A DNA stretch of 53,647 nucleotides from Verrucomicrobiales bacterium (GCA_031411295.1 JANOAV010000156.1:1-53647); one strand, 5' to 3'; numbered from the stretch's first letter, positions 1 through 10,447 are shown. The notes: a model not told the origin generated them from the sequence alone. Numbers and translations: made by a program.

Positions 1-2436
1 ATTGAAGCTCCCCGTAATCGCGCCCATCGTCAGGTTCGTATTCGCCGCCGTGTCAAAAACCGCATTGCCCGTCAGTGTTGTCGCACCAAAGGTCAATCCG
101 CCCGTGCCGCTCGTGGCATTCGCCCCGCGCGTCACATTCAAAGTGAACGCCCCGATGCTCAGCGTGCCGAGGGTGTGCGTGATGCCCACAGAGGCGGCGG
201 TGAGTTTGTCCGAAATGATCGTCGCGCCGGTGCCGGTGATCGTCGTGTTGAGTGCATTAATCGTCGTGTCGGTCTGAAGATCGAGCGTGGCGGAGGCTCC
301 GATCGACACGGTGCGCCCCGCGGCACCAAGCGCCGCCGCATTTTGCGCGATGAGCATGCCCGCGCTGATCGTCGTGCCGCCGGAGAATCCGCCGAAGGTG
401 CTGTTGGCACCATTCAGCGCAGCCCCGTTGTTCGCATTCGTAATCACCCAAGTGCCGATTCCACTCTTAACGAGGGAGGTGGCGGCAGCAGTCGTGGCTT
501 GATCTTGAATGTTTAGAGCATAGAGATTCGCCCCTGTATTGGTGCCAGTGAGCGTCAGGGTCCGGGCGCCCGCGGTGTCGAAGTAATTTAGATTGGCCGC
601 CGAGTAGGTGAAACTCAACGTGGCGGCAGCCACACTACCCGAGGCATCAATCGTCGCCCCAGCGTTGGAAATACGCATTTGGCGATCCGTCGTCTGAGCC
701 GTCGCGCCTGTGTATTGCAGCGTGCCTCCCAAAAAATGCAGGCCGATCCCGTTGCCAGCAGCTGCCTCCGTAGCCGCCAACCTCGCCCCGAGACTGCTAC
801 TCGCGGCACCGTAGTTACTCAAGGAAGCCACGTTCACAATCCCGGCCGTGAAATCCGTCACCCCGGTATAAGTATTCGCTCCCGTCAGCGAGAGCGTGCC
901 CGCGCCGTCCTTGGTCAAGCCGCCGGTCGTCGTGCCAATGATGCTGTTGATCGTCGTATTCCCCGCGCCGCCCACCGTCAGTCCAAAGGTCGCGCCCAAG
1001 ATTGTCCCGGCGTTGCTGATGGTCAGCGTGCCCGCGTCCGAATTGATCCGCGTCGCACCCGCCAGAGTAATCAAACCCGCGAAGTTGTTGGTTCCACTGA
1101 TGTTGCGCAGCGCTCCCGTCGTGGTGATCCCCGTGCCATTCAGCGAGAGGGGTTCAGCCAGCGTGGTGATGTTGCCTTGAATCTGCAACGCCGCCCCAGA
1201 AGTAACCGTGGTGCCCGTGGTGACGGCACCCAAGGCGCTGCCATTCTGAATGTTCACGACACCCGTGCTCACGTTGGTCGTCCCGGAGTAGGTATTCGTG
1301 CCGCTCAAAACCAGCGTGCCCGCACCGTTCATCGTCACCACGCCGGTGCCCGTCGAATTATAAATCGTCCCGCTGTGGTTGATCGTGCCCGTGGCTGCCG
1401 GGGTGAAAGTCAGTGTGTTCCCCTTGATGTCCGTGCCGGTCGTATTGTCCACGCCCTTTACCTGCGTGATGGCCAAGGTCCCGCCAGCCGCCTGGGTGAT
1501 CTTCAGGGCCGAGTCGAGCGCGACCTGATTGCTCAGTGTGTTGGTGGCGCTGGTGTTCTGGGAGTTCACCGTGAGCAAGCCGGAGGTGTTGCTGGCCACG
1601 GAATTCACCACCCCTGCGAAGGTGAGCCCACCAGTCAGCGGAGTCAGATTAAACGTCGCGCCCAGCGCCAGATTCTGAGTGCCAGTCGTGGCGAAATCCC
1701 CGCCGAGGCGAACGGCCGTGCCATTGAGGTTGCCGCCGGCGTTGAGATTCAACGTCCCGGTGTTCATCAGGTAGAAATTTGCTGCGGTAAACGAACCGCC
1801 CACGTTCACCGTCTGCCCAGTGGCTGAGGTCGAGAAATATTTCCCCGTCGCACTCACGGTGTTATTAAAGGTTGTCGAAATCGCCCCGCTGCCGCCAAAT
1901 AGGCGGATCCCCGCCACCGCCGAGCCATTGACCGTCAGCGTCCCCGTGCTGCCAAAGGTCATGCTGCTGCTCACTGCATTAATTTCCCCCCAGGCTGCAC
2001 CTGCGGTAGCCCCGAAAGTAATCGGCGCATTGATCGTCACCCCACCCGTGCCCAAGCTTTCCAACTTGGCCTGCACACCGCCGTTATCGAACAAATTCAA
2101 CACCGCCCCGCCGCTACTGTTCATCACCCAGGCGCTGGCCCCATTCCAGTTCACCTGATTCATGCTCGTGTTCGCAGCGGTCGTAAAATTGCCGTCGAGG
2201 GTATTGGTGGTGCCCACGGTCCCGTTGAAGATCAGAGTGCCGTAGCTAGGCGCGGTGTTGAGGCCCCAGTTAGTGGTATCGCTCCAGTTGAATGGCGAGG
2301 AACCACCGCCATCCCATGTGTTATCGGCGCGACTGGTCTGCGGATTGAGCCAAGCTGCCAGCAGCAAGGCTAGAAATGGAGACAAACGCACGTCGGCGGA
2401 AGCCTGGCTGCTGAGGGCGGCAAAGGGAGTTTTCAT
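1..2436 (-). CDS. Autotransporter-associated beta-strand (passenger) repeat protein, large secreted beta-helix; 3'-truncated by window edge
   Basis: Manual translation from ATG at 2436 gives MKTPFAALSSQASADVRLSPFLALLLAAWLNPQTSRADNTWDGGG... with no stop seen to position 1 (812 codons). Signal-peptide-like N-terminus, G/T/N/A-rich, repeats GAGTLVLSGTNTYSGTTNVSTG and KDGAGTLSLTGANTYTGVTDFTAG. Absent from the ORF track because no stop lies in the window. Confidence 0.9.
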   Translation of the reverse strand, partial: MKTPFAALSSQASADVRLSPFLALLLAAWLNPQTSRADNTWDGGGSSPFNWSDTTNWGLNTAPSYGTLIFNGTVGTTNTLDGNFTTAANTSMNQVNWNGASAWVMNSSGGAVLNLFDNGGVQAKLESLGTGGVTINAPITFGATAGAAWGEINAVSSSMTFGSTGTLTVNGSAVAGIRLFGGSGAISTTFNNTVSATGKYFSTSATGQTVNVGGSFTAANFYLMNTGTLNLNAGGNLNGTAVRLGGDFATTGTQNLALGATFNLTPLTGGLTFAGVVNSVASNTSGLLTVNSQNTSATNTLSNQVALDSALKITQAAGGTLAITQVKGVDNTTGTDIKGNTLTFTPAATGTINHSGTIYNSTGTGVVTMNGAGTLVLSGTNTYSGTTNVSTGVVNIQNGSALGAVTTGTTVTSGAALQIQGNITTLAEPLSLNGTGITTTGALRNISGTNNFAGLITLAGATRINSDAGTLTISNAGTILGATFGLTVGGAGNTTINSIIGTTTGGLTKDGAGTLSLTGANTYTGVTDFTAGIVNVASLSNYGAASSSLGARLAATEAAAGNGIGLHFLGGTLQYTGATAQTTDRQMRISNAGATIDASGSVAAATLSFTYSAANLNYFDTAGARTLTLTGTNTGANLYALNIQDQATTAAATSLVKSGIGTWVITNANNGAALNGANSTFGGFSGGTTISAGMLIAQNAAALGAAGRTVSIGASATLDLQTDTTINALNTTITGTGATIISDKLTAASVGITHTLGTLSIGAFTLNVTRGANATSGTGGLTFGATTLTGNAVFDTAANTNLTMGAITGSFN

Positions 2437-2586
2437 GGGGGGAATGCTGACTTGTTAAAATTAGGGAATTTACGCGCTCGAAATAGCACAACCACGCAAA
2501 GCTGACAAGCACTAAAACGCAGATTGGCACCGAGCATCCAGACCCTTACCAACTCAAGCAGAAGGAGTTATGGAGCCGCAGGGGGA

Positions 2587-3267
2587 TTATTTCTGGGCCA
2601 CGTAGATACTAGCGATCCCGAAATTCAGCGGCGTGGCCACTGCTTCCCGCAAACCATTTCCATTGAGCAAACCACACATGGCCACCCCGCTGGGGAAAGC
2701 CTCCACCGAATTGCTCAAATATTCAAAAGCCGCCTTCTGCCCCGTAATGAATCCGGCAATCTTCGGCAGCACCTTGTGTAGGTAAAAACGATACAACGGG
2801 CGCAAGACCGGCAGCGTAGGAAGGGAGAAATCCAACACCACGAGATGCCCCCCCGGCTTGAGCACCCGAGACATTTCCCGCACGGCCTCAGGCCAGGATG
2901 CCATATTGCGCAGGCCAAAGGCCACGGTCACCACATCATAAGAGCCATCGGGAAACGGCAGATTCATCGCATCCGCCACCATTAGCTCCAGCCCCGGCAC
3001 ATTCCGCTGCCGCGCGACCTCCAGCATTGGGGCACAGAAATCCGCCCCCAAAATCTTGGCTTGCGGACACTTAGCCGCAATTTCCATCGCCAGATCCCCG
3101 CTTCCGGTGGCCAAATCCAACACCGATCCGGGTTTCATGTCACGCACCATGCGCGCCACCTTTTTCCGCCACAGAATATCTGTCCCCAAGCTCAGGACGT
3201 GATTCGTGACCACATAGCGCTCGGAGATCTGAGCGAAGGCTTCGTGAACAAATTCGGGATTTTGCAT
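2587..3267 (-). CDS. ubiE: Ubiquinone/menaquinone biosynthesis C-methyltransferase (UbiE/MenG)
   Basis: N-terminal F..I..RY...NHVLSLG.D..WR, SAM motif VLDLATGSGD, VTVAFGLRN, EMSRVLKPGG, YLSNSVEAFP. Confidence 0.9.
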   Translation of the reverse strand: MQNPEFVHEAFAQISERYVVTNHVLSLGTDILWRKKVARMVRDMKPGSVLDLATGSGDLAMEIAAKCPQAKILGADFCAPMLEVARQRNVPGLELMVADAMNLPFPDGSYDVVTVAFGLRNMASWPEAVREMSRVLKPGGHLVVLDFSLPTLPVLRPLYRFYLHKVLPKIAGFITGQKAAFEYLSNSVEAFPSGVAMCGLLNGNGLREAVATPLNFGIASIYVAQK

Positions 3268-3274
3268 GATCTAT

Positions 3275-3327
3275 AAAAAAATTGGGTGGCGTTGGTCGGG
3301 AGGGTTTACCAAACCTACGCCACCCAA
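3275..3327 (-). terminator. Probable intrinsic terminator downstream of tRNA-Leu
   Basis: Inverted repeat TTGGGTGGCGT...ACGCCACCCAA followed on the minus strand by a T7 run. Confidence 0.6.
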
Positions 3328-3338
3328 AGGAAAAATGA

Positions 3339-3420
3339 TGCTCGCGAGAGGACTCGAACCTCCACGTCTCGCAACACATGAACCTGAATCATGCGCGTCT
3401 ACCAATTTCGCCACACGAGC
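3339..3420 (-). tRNA. tRNA-Leu (anticodon CAG); CCA not encoded
   Basis: Reverse complement GCTCGTGTGGCGAAATTGGTAGACGCGCATGATTCAGGTTCATGTGTTGCGAGACGTGGAGGTTCGAGTCCTCTCGCGAGCA: anticodon arm CATGA-TTCAGGT-TCATG, long variable arm, GTTCGAGTC T-loop. Confidence 0.95.
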
Positions 3421-3775
3421 AAACAAAACCGAGCCGCCAGCAGAGCCAGCGGTCAGTTGGGTGAAAGTAGCACGTTTCCAAATTAGACAACTGAAAACTT
3501 CCAAGAACCGAAAAATGTCGCCCGCGCGGCAGCGGCACCGTAAAATTCACAGCTTGTTTTTACCGAGCGCCACCGCAACGCGACAAAACGCTCGCATCCG
3601 CTCAGGAAATAGTGGAAATCGTGCTGGGCAGGTGATTTCTCCTTGACGCAGCGACTTCGCAACTGATTCTATGCGGTTAATTATAAGCCTGATTCACCAA
3701 TTTATAATTTCGAGAAACAGAAAAGTCTTTCACTTTCCTGTAATTTCGATATAATTTAAGCTCAACTACCGATCT

Positions 3776-6094
3776 ATGAAGAAAAAACTCCTACTTCACT
3801 CTGCTGTTCTGGCCACGGCCTGCTCGGCTTCTCTTAATGTCAGCCAGGCCCAAGACCTCGCCCTTCCCGCAATAAATGAGCCAACGGCCACCGTGGCGGA
3901 CACGACGGAGGGCAAGATCATCAGCTCTGTGGAAATTCGCGTCAGCGGCTCCAGCAAGGTTGATAAAGAGCGGATTCTTTCCCGCTTGAGCCTGCAAAAA
4001 GGCCAGCCCTACTCGAAGGATCGCGAAGAAGCAGACATCAAAAGCCTGGTGGATTCTGGTGACGTGGAAAATGTCAGCATCAGCACTACTGAGAGCGGTG
4101 GGGGCGTTAAGATTGTGGTCACGGTCGAAGCGCGCGCTGGTTTGGGGGAAGTTGCCTTTATTGGAAATTCCCTGATCTCTTCGGACAAATTGCGCACCGT
4201 GGTGGAAAATTTCAAAACCGGAGCCAATGTGGACAATACCAAGCTCCAAGCGGCTACCAAGGACATCGAAGATTACTACAAGAAGAAGGGTTTCACCGAC
4301 GTCGGCGTAAATTACTCCGTAGAGCCAGCCGCCAACGGTTTCTCCCGTGTGGTATTCAAAATCGACGAAGGTCAAAAAGGTTACCTGCGGCATGTTACCT
4401 TCGAAGGGAACAACGGCGTTTCCGCCAGCGCCCTGAAGAAAGTCATGAAAGCGGACAATCGGGGCATCACCTTCTGGAGTGCTTCCAAGCTGGAGCAGGA
4501 AAAGCTGGATGCTGACCGCCTCGCGATTGAATCTTACTATCAAGATCGTGGCTACGTGAATGCCAAGGTCACGGGCATGGAAAAAGTGCGCGTGGATGAC
4601 AAGAAGGTTGATCTCGTCGTCAAGATTTCCGAAGGTGAGATCTTCACCGTGACGGCAGTGGACATCACCGGCGTCAAGTCCTTCAGCGGAGGCGATCTGC
4701 TCCCTTCCTTCAACTTGGAGAATGGCAAAATCTTCTCCGGCAAGAACATGAAGGAGGACATGCAGACCATCAAAACTTACTACGGTTCCCGTGGTTATGC
4801 GGATGTGAAAGTCACCCCACAGATCAAGAACACTGGCGCGGGCCAAGTTTCCGTGACTTACGCCGTGGAAGAAGGCGGCCTCTTCAAAATCAACGAAATC
4901 CGCTTCACTGGTAACACCGCCACCAAAGACGAAGTCATGCGTCGTGAATTGGCCGTCATCCCTGGTGAGACCTACAATTCCAACACCATCGACGTTTCCG
5001 AACGCCGGTTGCGCGGACTGGGTTACTTCAAGGATGTGACGGTGATTCCTTCCGACGCCAACACCCCAGGTTTCAAAGATATCAGCATCAACGTCTCCGA
5101 GCAGCAAACTGGCCAGTTGAACTTTGGGGCTGGTTTCAGCTCCATTGATAACCTCGTGGGCTTCGTGGACTTGCGTCAGACCAACTTTGATATCGCCAGT
5201 TGGCCTCCCGTGGGTGCTGGTCAACGGTTCAACATGAACCTGAAGATCGGGACGAAGCGGAAGGACGTCACCGTCGGCTGGTATGAGCCATGGTTGCTGG
5301 GGTATCCGCTGGGCTTCGGCGTGGAAGGCTTCTACAATGAGAAGACCTACCTCTCTGACGTCTATGATCAAACCAACTTCGGAGCGGACATCTACTTCCG
5401 CAAGAAGCTGAACGAAGGCGCTGATCTGCGTCTGCAATTCCTCTCGGAAAACGTCACCATCGACGGGATCGACGCCAAGGCATCTCCTGAAATCAAACAG
5501 GAAGCTGGCGACTATTTCCACAATGAACTTACCCTGACCTACAACTACGACACCCGGGATGACAATGTCACGCCACGTCGTGGCTTCAAGTTTGCCGCTG
5601 ATGTCTCCGGTGCCTTTGGCGATGTGCAGGACGCTGGTTTCGGTCTCCAATTCAGCAAGCCAGTGCATCTGCCCCTGGACATGATCTTCACGGTCAATGG
5701 CGCATACGAAACGGTGGACGGTTCCAACGTGCCGATCTTCGAACGCACGTTCCTCGGCGGTGCCAACAATCTGCGCGGCTTCAAGTATCGCGATGTCGGA
5801 CCGAAGGACGCCACGGGCGAACCTCTGGGCGGCGGATCGAGCTGGTTCCTCACTACGGAACTCACCTTCCCGATCGTCGAGCGCGTGCGGGGCGCGGTGT
5901 TCTATGATGTGGGTGCAGTGGACAGCGGTTCCTTCGCCTTCGGCGGCGGCACCAATTCTGACTACGGCATTGGCCTGCGTCTGAACCTGCCGATCTTTGG
6001 TCCGCTCAAACTGGACTACGGTATCCCCATGCAAGGCGATTCCTTCAATGACGACGGCGGCCGCTTCAACATCTCGGTGGACTACAAGTTCTAA
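3776..6094 (+). CDS. bamA: Outer membrane protein assembly factor BamA (Omp85)
   Basis: Signal peptide, POTRA-like repeats (Y...GY), GQLNFGAGFSS barrel start, LRGF motif, C-terminal aromatic residue (DYKF). Confidence 0.95.
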   Translation: MKKKLLLHSAVLATACSASLNVSQAQDLALPAINEPTATVADTTEGKIISSVEIRVSGSSKVDKERILSRLSLQKGQPYSKDREEADIKSLVDSGDVENVSISTTESGGGVKIVVTVEARAGLGEVAFIGNSLISSDKLRTVVENFKTGANVDNTKLQAATKDIEDYYKKKGFTDVGVNYSVEPAANGFSRVVFKIDEGQKGYLRHVTFEGNNGVSASALKKVMKADNRGITFWSASKLEQEKLDADRLAIESYYQDRGYVNAKVTGMEKVRVDDKKVDLVVKISEGEIFTVTAVDITGVKSFSGGDLLPSFNLENGKIFSGKNMKEDMQTIKTYYGSRGYADVKVTPQIKNTGAGQVSVTYAVEEGGLFKINEIRFTGNTATKDEVMRRELAVIPGETYNSNTIDVSERRLRGLGYFKDVTVIPSDANTPGFKDISINVSEQQTGQLNFGAGFSSIDNLVGFVDLRQTNFDIASWPPVGAGQRFNMNLKIGTKRKDVTVGWYEPWLLGYPLGFGVEGFYNEKTYLSDVYDQTNFGADIYFRKKLNEGADLRLQFLSENVTIDGIDAKASPEIKQEAGDYFHNELTLTYNYDTRDDNVTPRRGFKFAADVSGAFGDVQDAGFGLQFSKPVHLPLDMIFTVNGAYETVDGSNVPIFERTFLGGANNLRGFKYRDVGPKDATGEPLGGGSSWFLTTELTFPIVERVRGAVFYDVGAVDSGSFAFGGGTNSDYGIGLRLNLPIFGPLKLDYGIPMQGDSFNDDGGRFNISVDYKF

Positions 6095-6116
6095 GCGTCC
6101 CCTGCCATCCCTCCGC

Positions 6117-6150
6117 CAAAACGGCGTGACCTCACCGTCACGCCGTTTTG
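6117..6150 (+). terminator. Intrinsic terminator after bamA
   Basis: Perfect 14-bp stem CAAAACGGCGTGAC-CTCACC-GTCACGCCGTTTTG. Confidence 0.7.
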
Positions 6151-6193
6151 CATGGAAGGCGCCTTCATTGGTTAATCTCCCCGCATCAAAACC

Positions 6194-6532
6194 ATGGACC
6201 TCCCTGATCTCATCGCTTATTGCCTAAGCCTCCCCAGCGTCGAAGAAGCCACACCCTTTGGTCCAGACGTGTTGGTTTATAAAATTCAGGGGAAACTTTT
6301 TGCCCTGACCCAGCCAGATGAATACCCCGTTCGGGTAAATTTAAAATGCGATCCTGCTCGCGCCGAAGAGCTGCGGGAGCAATACCCGAGAAGCATCCTC
6401 CCCGGGTATCACATGAACAAACGCCACTGGAACACCCTGATGCTGGATGGATCGCTTCCCCCACCCCTCATTCGGGAATTGATTGATCATTCCTATCAAC
6501 TCGTTTCCCCCAAGCCAAAGCGTGGAAAGTGA
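6194..6532 (+). CDS. MmcQ/YjbR family DNA-binding protein
   Basis: YCLSLP..EE..PFG..VLVYK..GKLFA, NLKCDP, PGYHMNKRHWN signature. Confidence 0.9.
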   Translation: MDLPDLIAYCLSLPSVEEATPFGPDVLVYKIQGKLFALTQPDEYPVRVNLKCDPARAEELREQYPRSILPGYHMNKRHWNTLMLDGSLPPPLIRELIDHSYQLVSPKPKRGK

Positions 6533-6543
6533 ACTTGGCTCCT

Positions 6544-7863
6544 CTATTTGGATTTCAACCCAGCGGTATTCACTGCGATTACCCGGTATTCATGCTTTTG
6601 CCCCGGTTCGCTTTTAGCATCTGTGAACGCTAATTTCACCAACGGAAATGATGGCGTATCGCTGTATTGCAGACCTTGGAAAATCGGGCGACCAAACGGA
6701 TTCTTCGCTGTTTCCGGCACGGTGGCAATCTCCTTGCCGTCCCGTTCGATAATGAAACTGGCGATGCCGCTTTCCAGATCGGCCTCCGCGTCCCACGAAA
6801 TTTCATTTCCCTTGATCCGAACGTTGCTGGGAGCGGGTGGCGGCGTGAGGTCTGGGATCACTGTGTCTTTCGAATAACGCGTCCAGGCTTGAGCGACTGC
6901 TTCATTCGGCAACCACACCGCCTTGGTCGGAACCCCCGCATACTTCGCAGCGGGCACGGCCTCTGTTCCTAGCAATGGAGCCAGCCAGGCGCCTTCCGTG
7001 GGCATTGGAATCAGCGCGGCACCACTTTCCTTGGGCAAACGGACTTGGAGACAAGCATCAAGCCAGGTCATGGCCAGGTAGCGCTGATTGCCACATTCGT
7101 GCGCCGTGAGCGGGTCAACCGAGACCCCAATGAGCCCGCCCTTGGCACGGACCTCAGTAAAGAAGACTTCATTCGCAGCCCACGCGCCAGCGAAGCGACC
7201 CGTCTTTTCCGTCACGCCTTCCTTGGTGCCGAGATTGCACATCATGGGCACTCCGAGCATGGCCTCCGATAAGCTGTAGGTCTTGATCGTAGCGCGGTCA
7301 GGATTCTCCTTCAGCAAAGGCACGCCGGAGCGCAGCCAAGCCGCTGCTACGCGCTCCGGATGCAGCAACACCATGCCGCCTGCCCAATGGCCGCCCCCAC
7401 TGTGCCCCCAAAGCGCCCAAGGCACTTGGGATAATTCCGGATGGCCCGATTTCATCCCCAGATCCACGAGACATTTCTGAAATGAGACGCTGGAACCATT
7501 CCGAGGATCGCACCAGAGTTGGCAATCCGCGTTCTCCGGTTGCTCGTAGGCGGGTGCCAGCAGCGCACAATCGTGTTTCCTGGCCAAGGCCTGCCAATGC
7601 AGATCAAACGCACCCGTCAGCCCGGATTTGCAGGAGCCTTCCCCACACCCATGCTGATGCACAATAACCCCGCGCAACGCCTTCACATTCGGCGGCACCC
7701 AGATCGTGTAGTTCACCGGATAAACCAGTTCCCCCGGCATGGTCGAGCCCTCATAGCGCACCCGATAATACGGTGCCTCCGCTGCCGGAAAAACATCATA
7801 AGGTGCCTGCTGAGCAACCAGTGGCATGGCGAGAACGAAGAGAAGCAAGATGGAAAAGCGCAT
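6544..7863 (-). CDS. Secreted alpha/beta-hydrolase-fold protein with C-terminal FN3-like domain
   Basis: Start moved to ATG 7863 ([19 protein letters not shown] signal peptide); WGHSGGG nucleophile elbow; C-terminal PPPAPSNVR...[13 protein letters not shown]. Confidence 0.7.
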   Translation of the reverse strand: MRFSILLLFVLAMPLVAQQAPYDVFPAAEAPYYRVRYEGSTMPGELVYPVNYTIWVPPNVKALRGVIVHQHGCGEGSCKSGLTGAFDLHWQALARKHDCALLAPAYEQPENADCQLWCDPRNGSSVSFQKCLVDLGMKSGHPELSQVPWALWGHSGGGHWAGGMVLLHPERVAAAWLRSGVPLLKENPDRATIKTYSLSEAMLGVPMMCNLGTKEGVTEKTGRFAGAWAANEVFFTEVRAKGGLIGVSVDPLTAHECGNQRYLAMTWLDACLQVRLPKESGAALIPMPTEGAWLAPLLGTEAVPAAKYAGVPTKAVWLPNEAVAQAWTRYSKDTVIPDLTPPPAPSNVRIKGNEISWDAEADLESGIASFIIERDGKEIATVPETAKNPFGRPIFQGLQYSDTPSFPLVKLAFTDAKSEPGQKHEYRVIAVNTAGLKSK

Positions 7864-8030
7864 TGGATAGTGATGATTACGTTGGCGACGATCATCGCGT
7901 CCGCAGATCCAGGATGCCAACGTATTTTCGCGGATGGGTGCGGCACCCCGGATTACCTGCCGGTAGAAAGTTTAAATAATTTCTCCCCCCTGACGCGTCG
8001 TCTTGGTATAACCTGCCAACGCGACCAGCC

Positions 8031-8558
8031 TTGATTCCATCTTCACCAACCATGCTCACCCGACTCCACACGGCCTATGCCGCTGGAGTCTATCGTTTTT
8101 TGTGGACGATGACGAGAGATGCCTCGGCTGCCCAGGATTTGTTGCAGGAAATTTTTGTTAAACTCGCCAGAGACTCGAACAGCTTGATCTCCGCTGATTC
8201 CGAATCCGCTTGGATCTTCAAGATGGCCCGCAATGCGGCACTGGACTGGCTCCGTCGCTGCCAAGTGCGCGAGCGGGCGGCGGATGAACTGGCAGCATTG
8301 TCCGCTGCGTTCGTGCTCCCGGATGATCCGGACGCAGCGGTCATCCATACGCAGCTAACAGCGGAACTGGCTGCACTGCCGGAGGAACAACGCGCGGCAG
8401 TCCATTTGCACCTTTGGGAAGGCCTGACGTTTCGGGAAATTGCGCTGATTCAGGACGTCAGCCTCCCCACCGCTTCCAGTCGGTATCGCTACGGCATTCT
8501 GGCGCTGAGGGCCGCCCTTAAACCTATCTACTCTGAACTCTATGAATCCCCCCGTTGA
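8031..8558 (+). CDS. ECF RNA polymerase sigma factor (sigma-70 family)
   Basis: Region 2 AQDLLQEIFVKL..WIFKMARNAALDWLRR; region 4 LPEEQRAAVHLHLWEGLTFREIA...TASSRYRYG. Start codon uncertain. Confidence 0.9.
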   Translation: MIPSSPTMLTRLHTAYAAGVYRFLWTMTRDASAAQDLLQEIFVKLARDSNSLISADSESAWIFKMARNAALDWLRRCQVRERAADELAALSAAFVLPDDPDAAVIHTQLTAELAALPEEQRAAVHLHLWEGLTFREIALIQDVSLPTASSRYRYGILALRAALKPIYSELYESPR

Positions 8559-8901
8559 CCCACAACTTGAGGCCCATCTCAAATCCCTAACCTGGAAACC
8601 AGTGCCGGAGGAAATCCTTTCCTGCTCACTACAAGTTGCCTTGTTAGCGATCCCCAGCGGGCCTCAAGCAGTTAAAACCAAGCGCCTCGACCAATGGATC
8701 CCAGCGCCTGTGCGCTGGACTTTGGCCGCCTGTTGGGTGCTTTCGCTGGGATTGCGCCTCGCCACGCCCAGCCTGCCCCCTAGTCCTGCCGGCAATAGCA
8801 CTGCCACTGCCGCCGAAGTGCTTCATTCGCTCCAAATTACCAACGACCAGATTCATGAACTCCAAGACCAACTCCGACTCGACCACGTCGCCCAGCGCTA
8901 A
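8542..8901 (+). CDS. Small membrane protein, putative anti-sigma factor
   Basis: Overlaps the sigma-factor stop; LEAHLKSL...P N-terminus and one hydrophobic segment WTLAACWVLSLGLRLA. Confidence 0.6.
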   Translation: MNPPVDPQLEAHLKSLTWKPVPEEILSCSLQVALLAIPSGPQAVKTKRLDQWIPAPVRWTLAACWVLSLGLRLATPSLPPSPAGNSTATAAEVLHSLQITNDQIHELQDQLRLDHVAQR

Positions 8902-10447
8902 GACGCCCCCCCATCGCAGCCGCTACTTTACCGTGCGCTGGGCGCTCGCCTGCTGGCGGTTCCTGTGGAGTAGGCGCATGGTGTGGACGTTGGCCCTCCT
9001 CGCATCCATCGTGGTGTTGTTTTATCAATACGAATACTGGCATGGAGCGCGTGAATTGGAAGCAGCGAGGAAAAAAATGATCGCGCGCTGTGGCACCGAT
9101 AATTTCGTGGATCTGCTACCGGAGCAAGTGTCGGACGAGGAGAATTTTTGGGCGATTGATGAGATCAAGAGTTGGCGGGTGGCCGATCCAAAAGCTGCAG
9201 GAGGCTATGCGTATGCCTGGCCTGAAAATAAACTTGCTTCAGAAAAATACGAAGCCTTTCAGATTGATGACGGCCACGGTGGAACCAAAATCGACCTGAC
9301 AGCTTGGGCTGCTCAGCGCGATCCATCCCTGCCCCCGCTTAATGATGAACGCGCTAGGGCGGAAGCATTGTTGGCGAGCATGGATGATCACGGCATCATC
9401 GCGCGACTCACGGAAGGTCTGGCGCGTCCTCATGCTCAAATCATTCCCAGTCGTCGCCAACTCTGGCAGGAAGCTAAAGGGGATCCTCTTCGCTTGAAAA
9501 TCCAATCTCATAGCAATTGCTTCCACACCGCAAAAAATTTGCAAATTCGGCTGCAGTTGGCAGCCCTGTCACAGAACGCAGAGCTAACTCGGGATCTCAT
9601 CGGTATTCAAACTCGCCTCGCGAAAGCAACCGCAGATGATACTACCATGGTCGGCAGTTTAGTTAGTCTAGCGCTTAACAACCTCTTGACAGATACCCTG
9701 AATGCAGCTCTCGCCAACACAAAGCTAACAAATCGTGATTTCTCGCAAATCGCGCGCTGGCTTCAGGTCGCTAACGATGTGGAACAAACGGAGAGAATGC
9801 TGAAAATTTACATTTTGACCACTGAGGCCTTTTATGCGGCAGCAAAATCGAAGGTGATTACAGGAGAGCTAGCGCAACTTTTCCCTGCTGAGCAAGACAT
9901 GAATTTGCTGCAGAAGTCGTATCGCCAAATTGCACTGCACGGCCCCAGCGGTTGGTTTGATCACACCTCTGCTTTTGCGAAAGAATGCTGGCTGAGCATG
10001 GCAGGAGAAGGCGGGGGCGAGACCTGGCGCACCGGACAGGAAGCGGCCAGAAATATCAATGCCACCATCAAACAGCGGTGCAGACTTTACCAAAACGGGC
10101 GATTCTGGATTCCCAATCTGCGCTATTTCTTCGCGGATCAAACCCTGCCCACGCTTTCCAATCTCTGGGAGACATCCGTCAAAAATCTTTTCAAACGCCG
10201 CTGTGCTATCCTAATTTGCGCACTGCATCGACATCGGTTGGCCCACGGAACCTTTCCCGACAAGCTGGCAGACGTGGATGCAGGATTTCTCCCCGCCGCA
10301 CAACCAGACCCTGCCAAGGTTGATGCCCAATTGAGTTACCGCCGGATGGACCATGGTTTCCTCCTGTGGTCGGTCGGAGATGACCGCACCGATGATGATG
10401 GCGATGCCACCAAGGATTGGGTGTGGCAGCATGATTTCAAACCTTGA
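8855..10447 (+). CDS. Membrane-anchored hypothetical protein with C-terminal GspG/pseudopilin-like tail
   Basis: N-terminal TM (WTLALLASIVVLFY); C-terminal ALHRHRLAHGTFPDKL...DP...LSYR...FLLWSVGDD..DDDG motif. Confidence 0.65.
   Translation: MNSKTNSDSTTSPSAKTPPHRSRYFTVRWALACWRFLWSRRMVWTLALLASIVVLFYQYEYWHGARELEAARKKMIARCGTDNFVDLLPEQVSDEENFWAIDEIKSWRVADPKAAGGYAYAWPENKLASEKYEAFQIDDGHGGTKIDLTAWAAQRDPSLPPLNDERARAEALLASMDDHGIIARLTEGLARPHAQIIPSRRQLWQEAKGDPLRLKIQSHSNCFHTAKNLQIRLQLAALSQNAELTRDLIGIQTRLAKATADDTTMVGSLVSLALNNLLTDTLNAALANTKLTNRDFSQIARWLQVANDVEQTERMLKIYILTTEAFYAAAKSKVITGELAQLFPAEQDMNLLQKSYRQIALHGPSGWFDHTSAFAKECWLSMAGEGGGETWRTGQEAARNINATIKQRCRLYQNGRFWIPNLRYFFADQTLPTLSNLWETSVKNLFKRRCAILICALHRHRLAHGTFPDKLADVDAGFLPAAQPDPAKVDAQLSYRRMDHGFLLWSVGDDRTDDDGDATKDWVWQHDFKP

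Noticed and set aside
679..1827. 382-aa Arg-rich plus-strand ORF and other short plus ORFs in 1-2458
   Set aside because: Antisense to the autotransporter-repeat gene
3339..3420. tRNA-Leu or tRNA-Met as an integration site of a genomic island
   Set aside because: No integrase and no duplicated tRNA 3' end noticed in the window
3791..6034. 747-aa minus-strand ORF
   Set aside because: Antisense shadow of bamA arising from codon bias; no recognisable motifs
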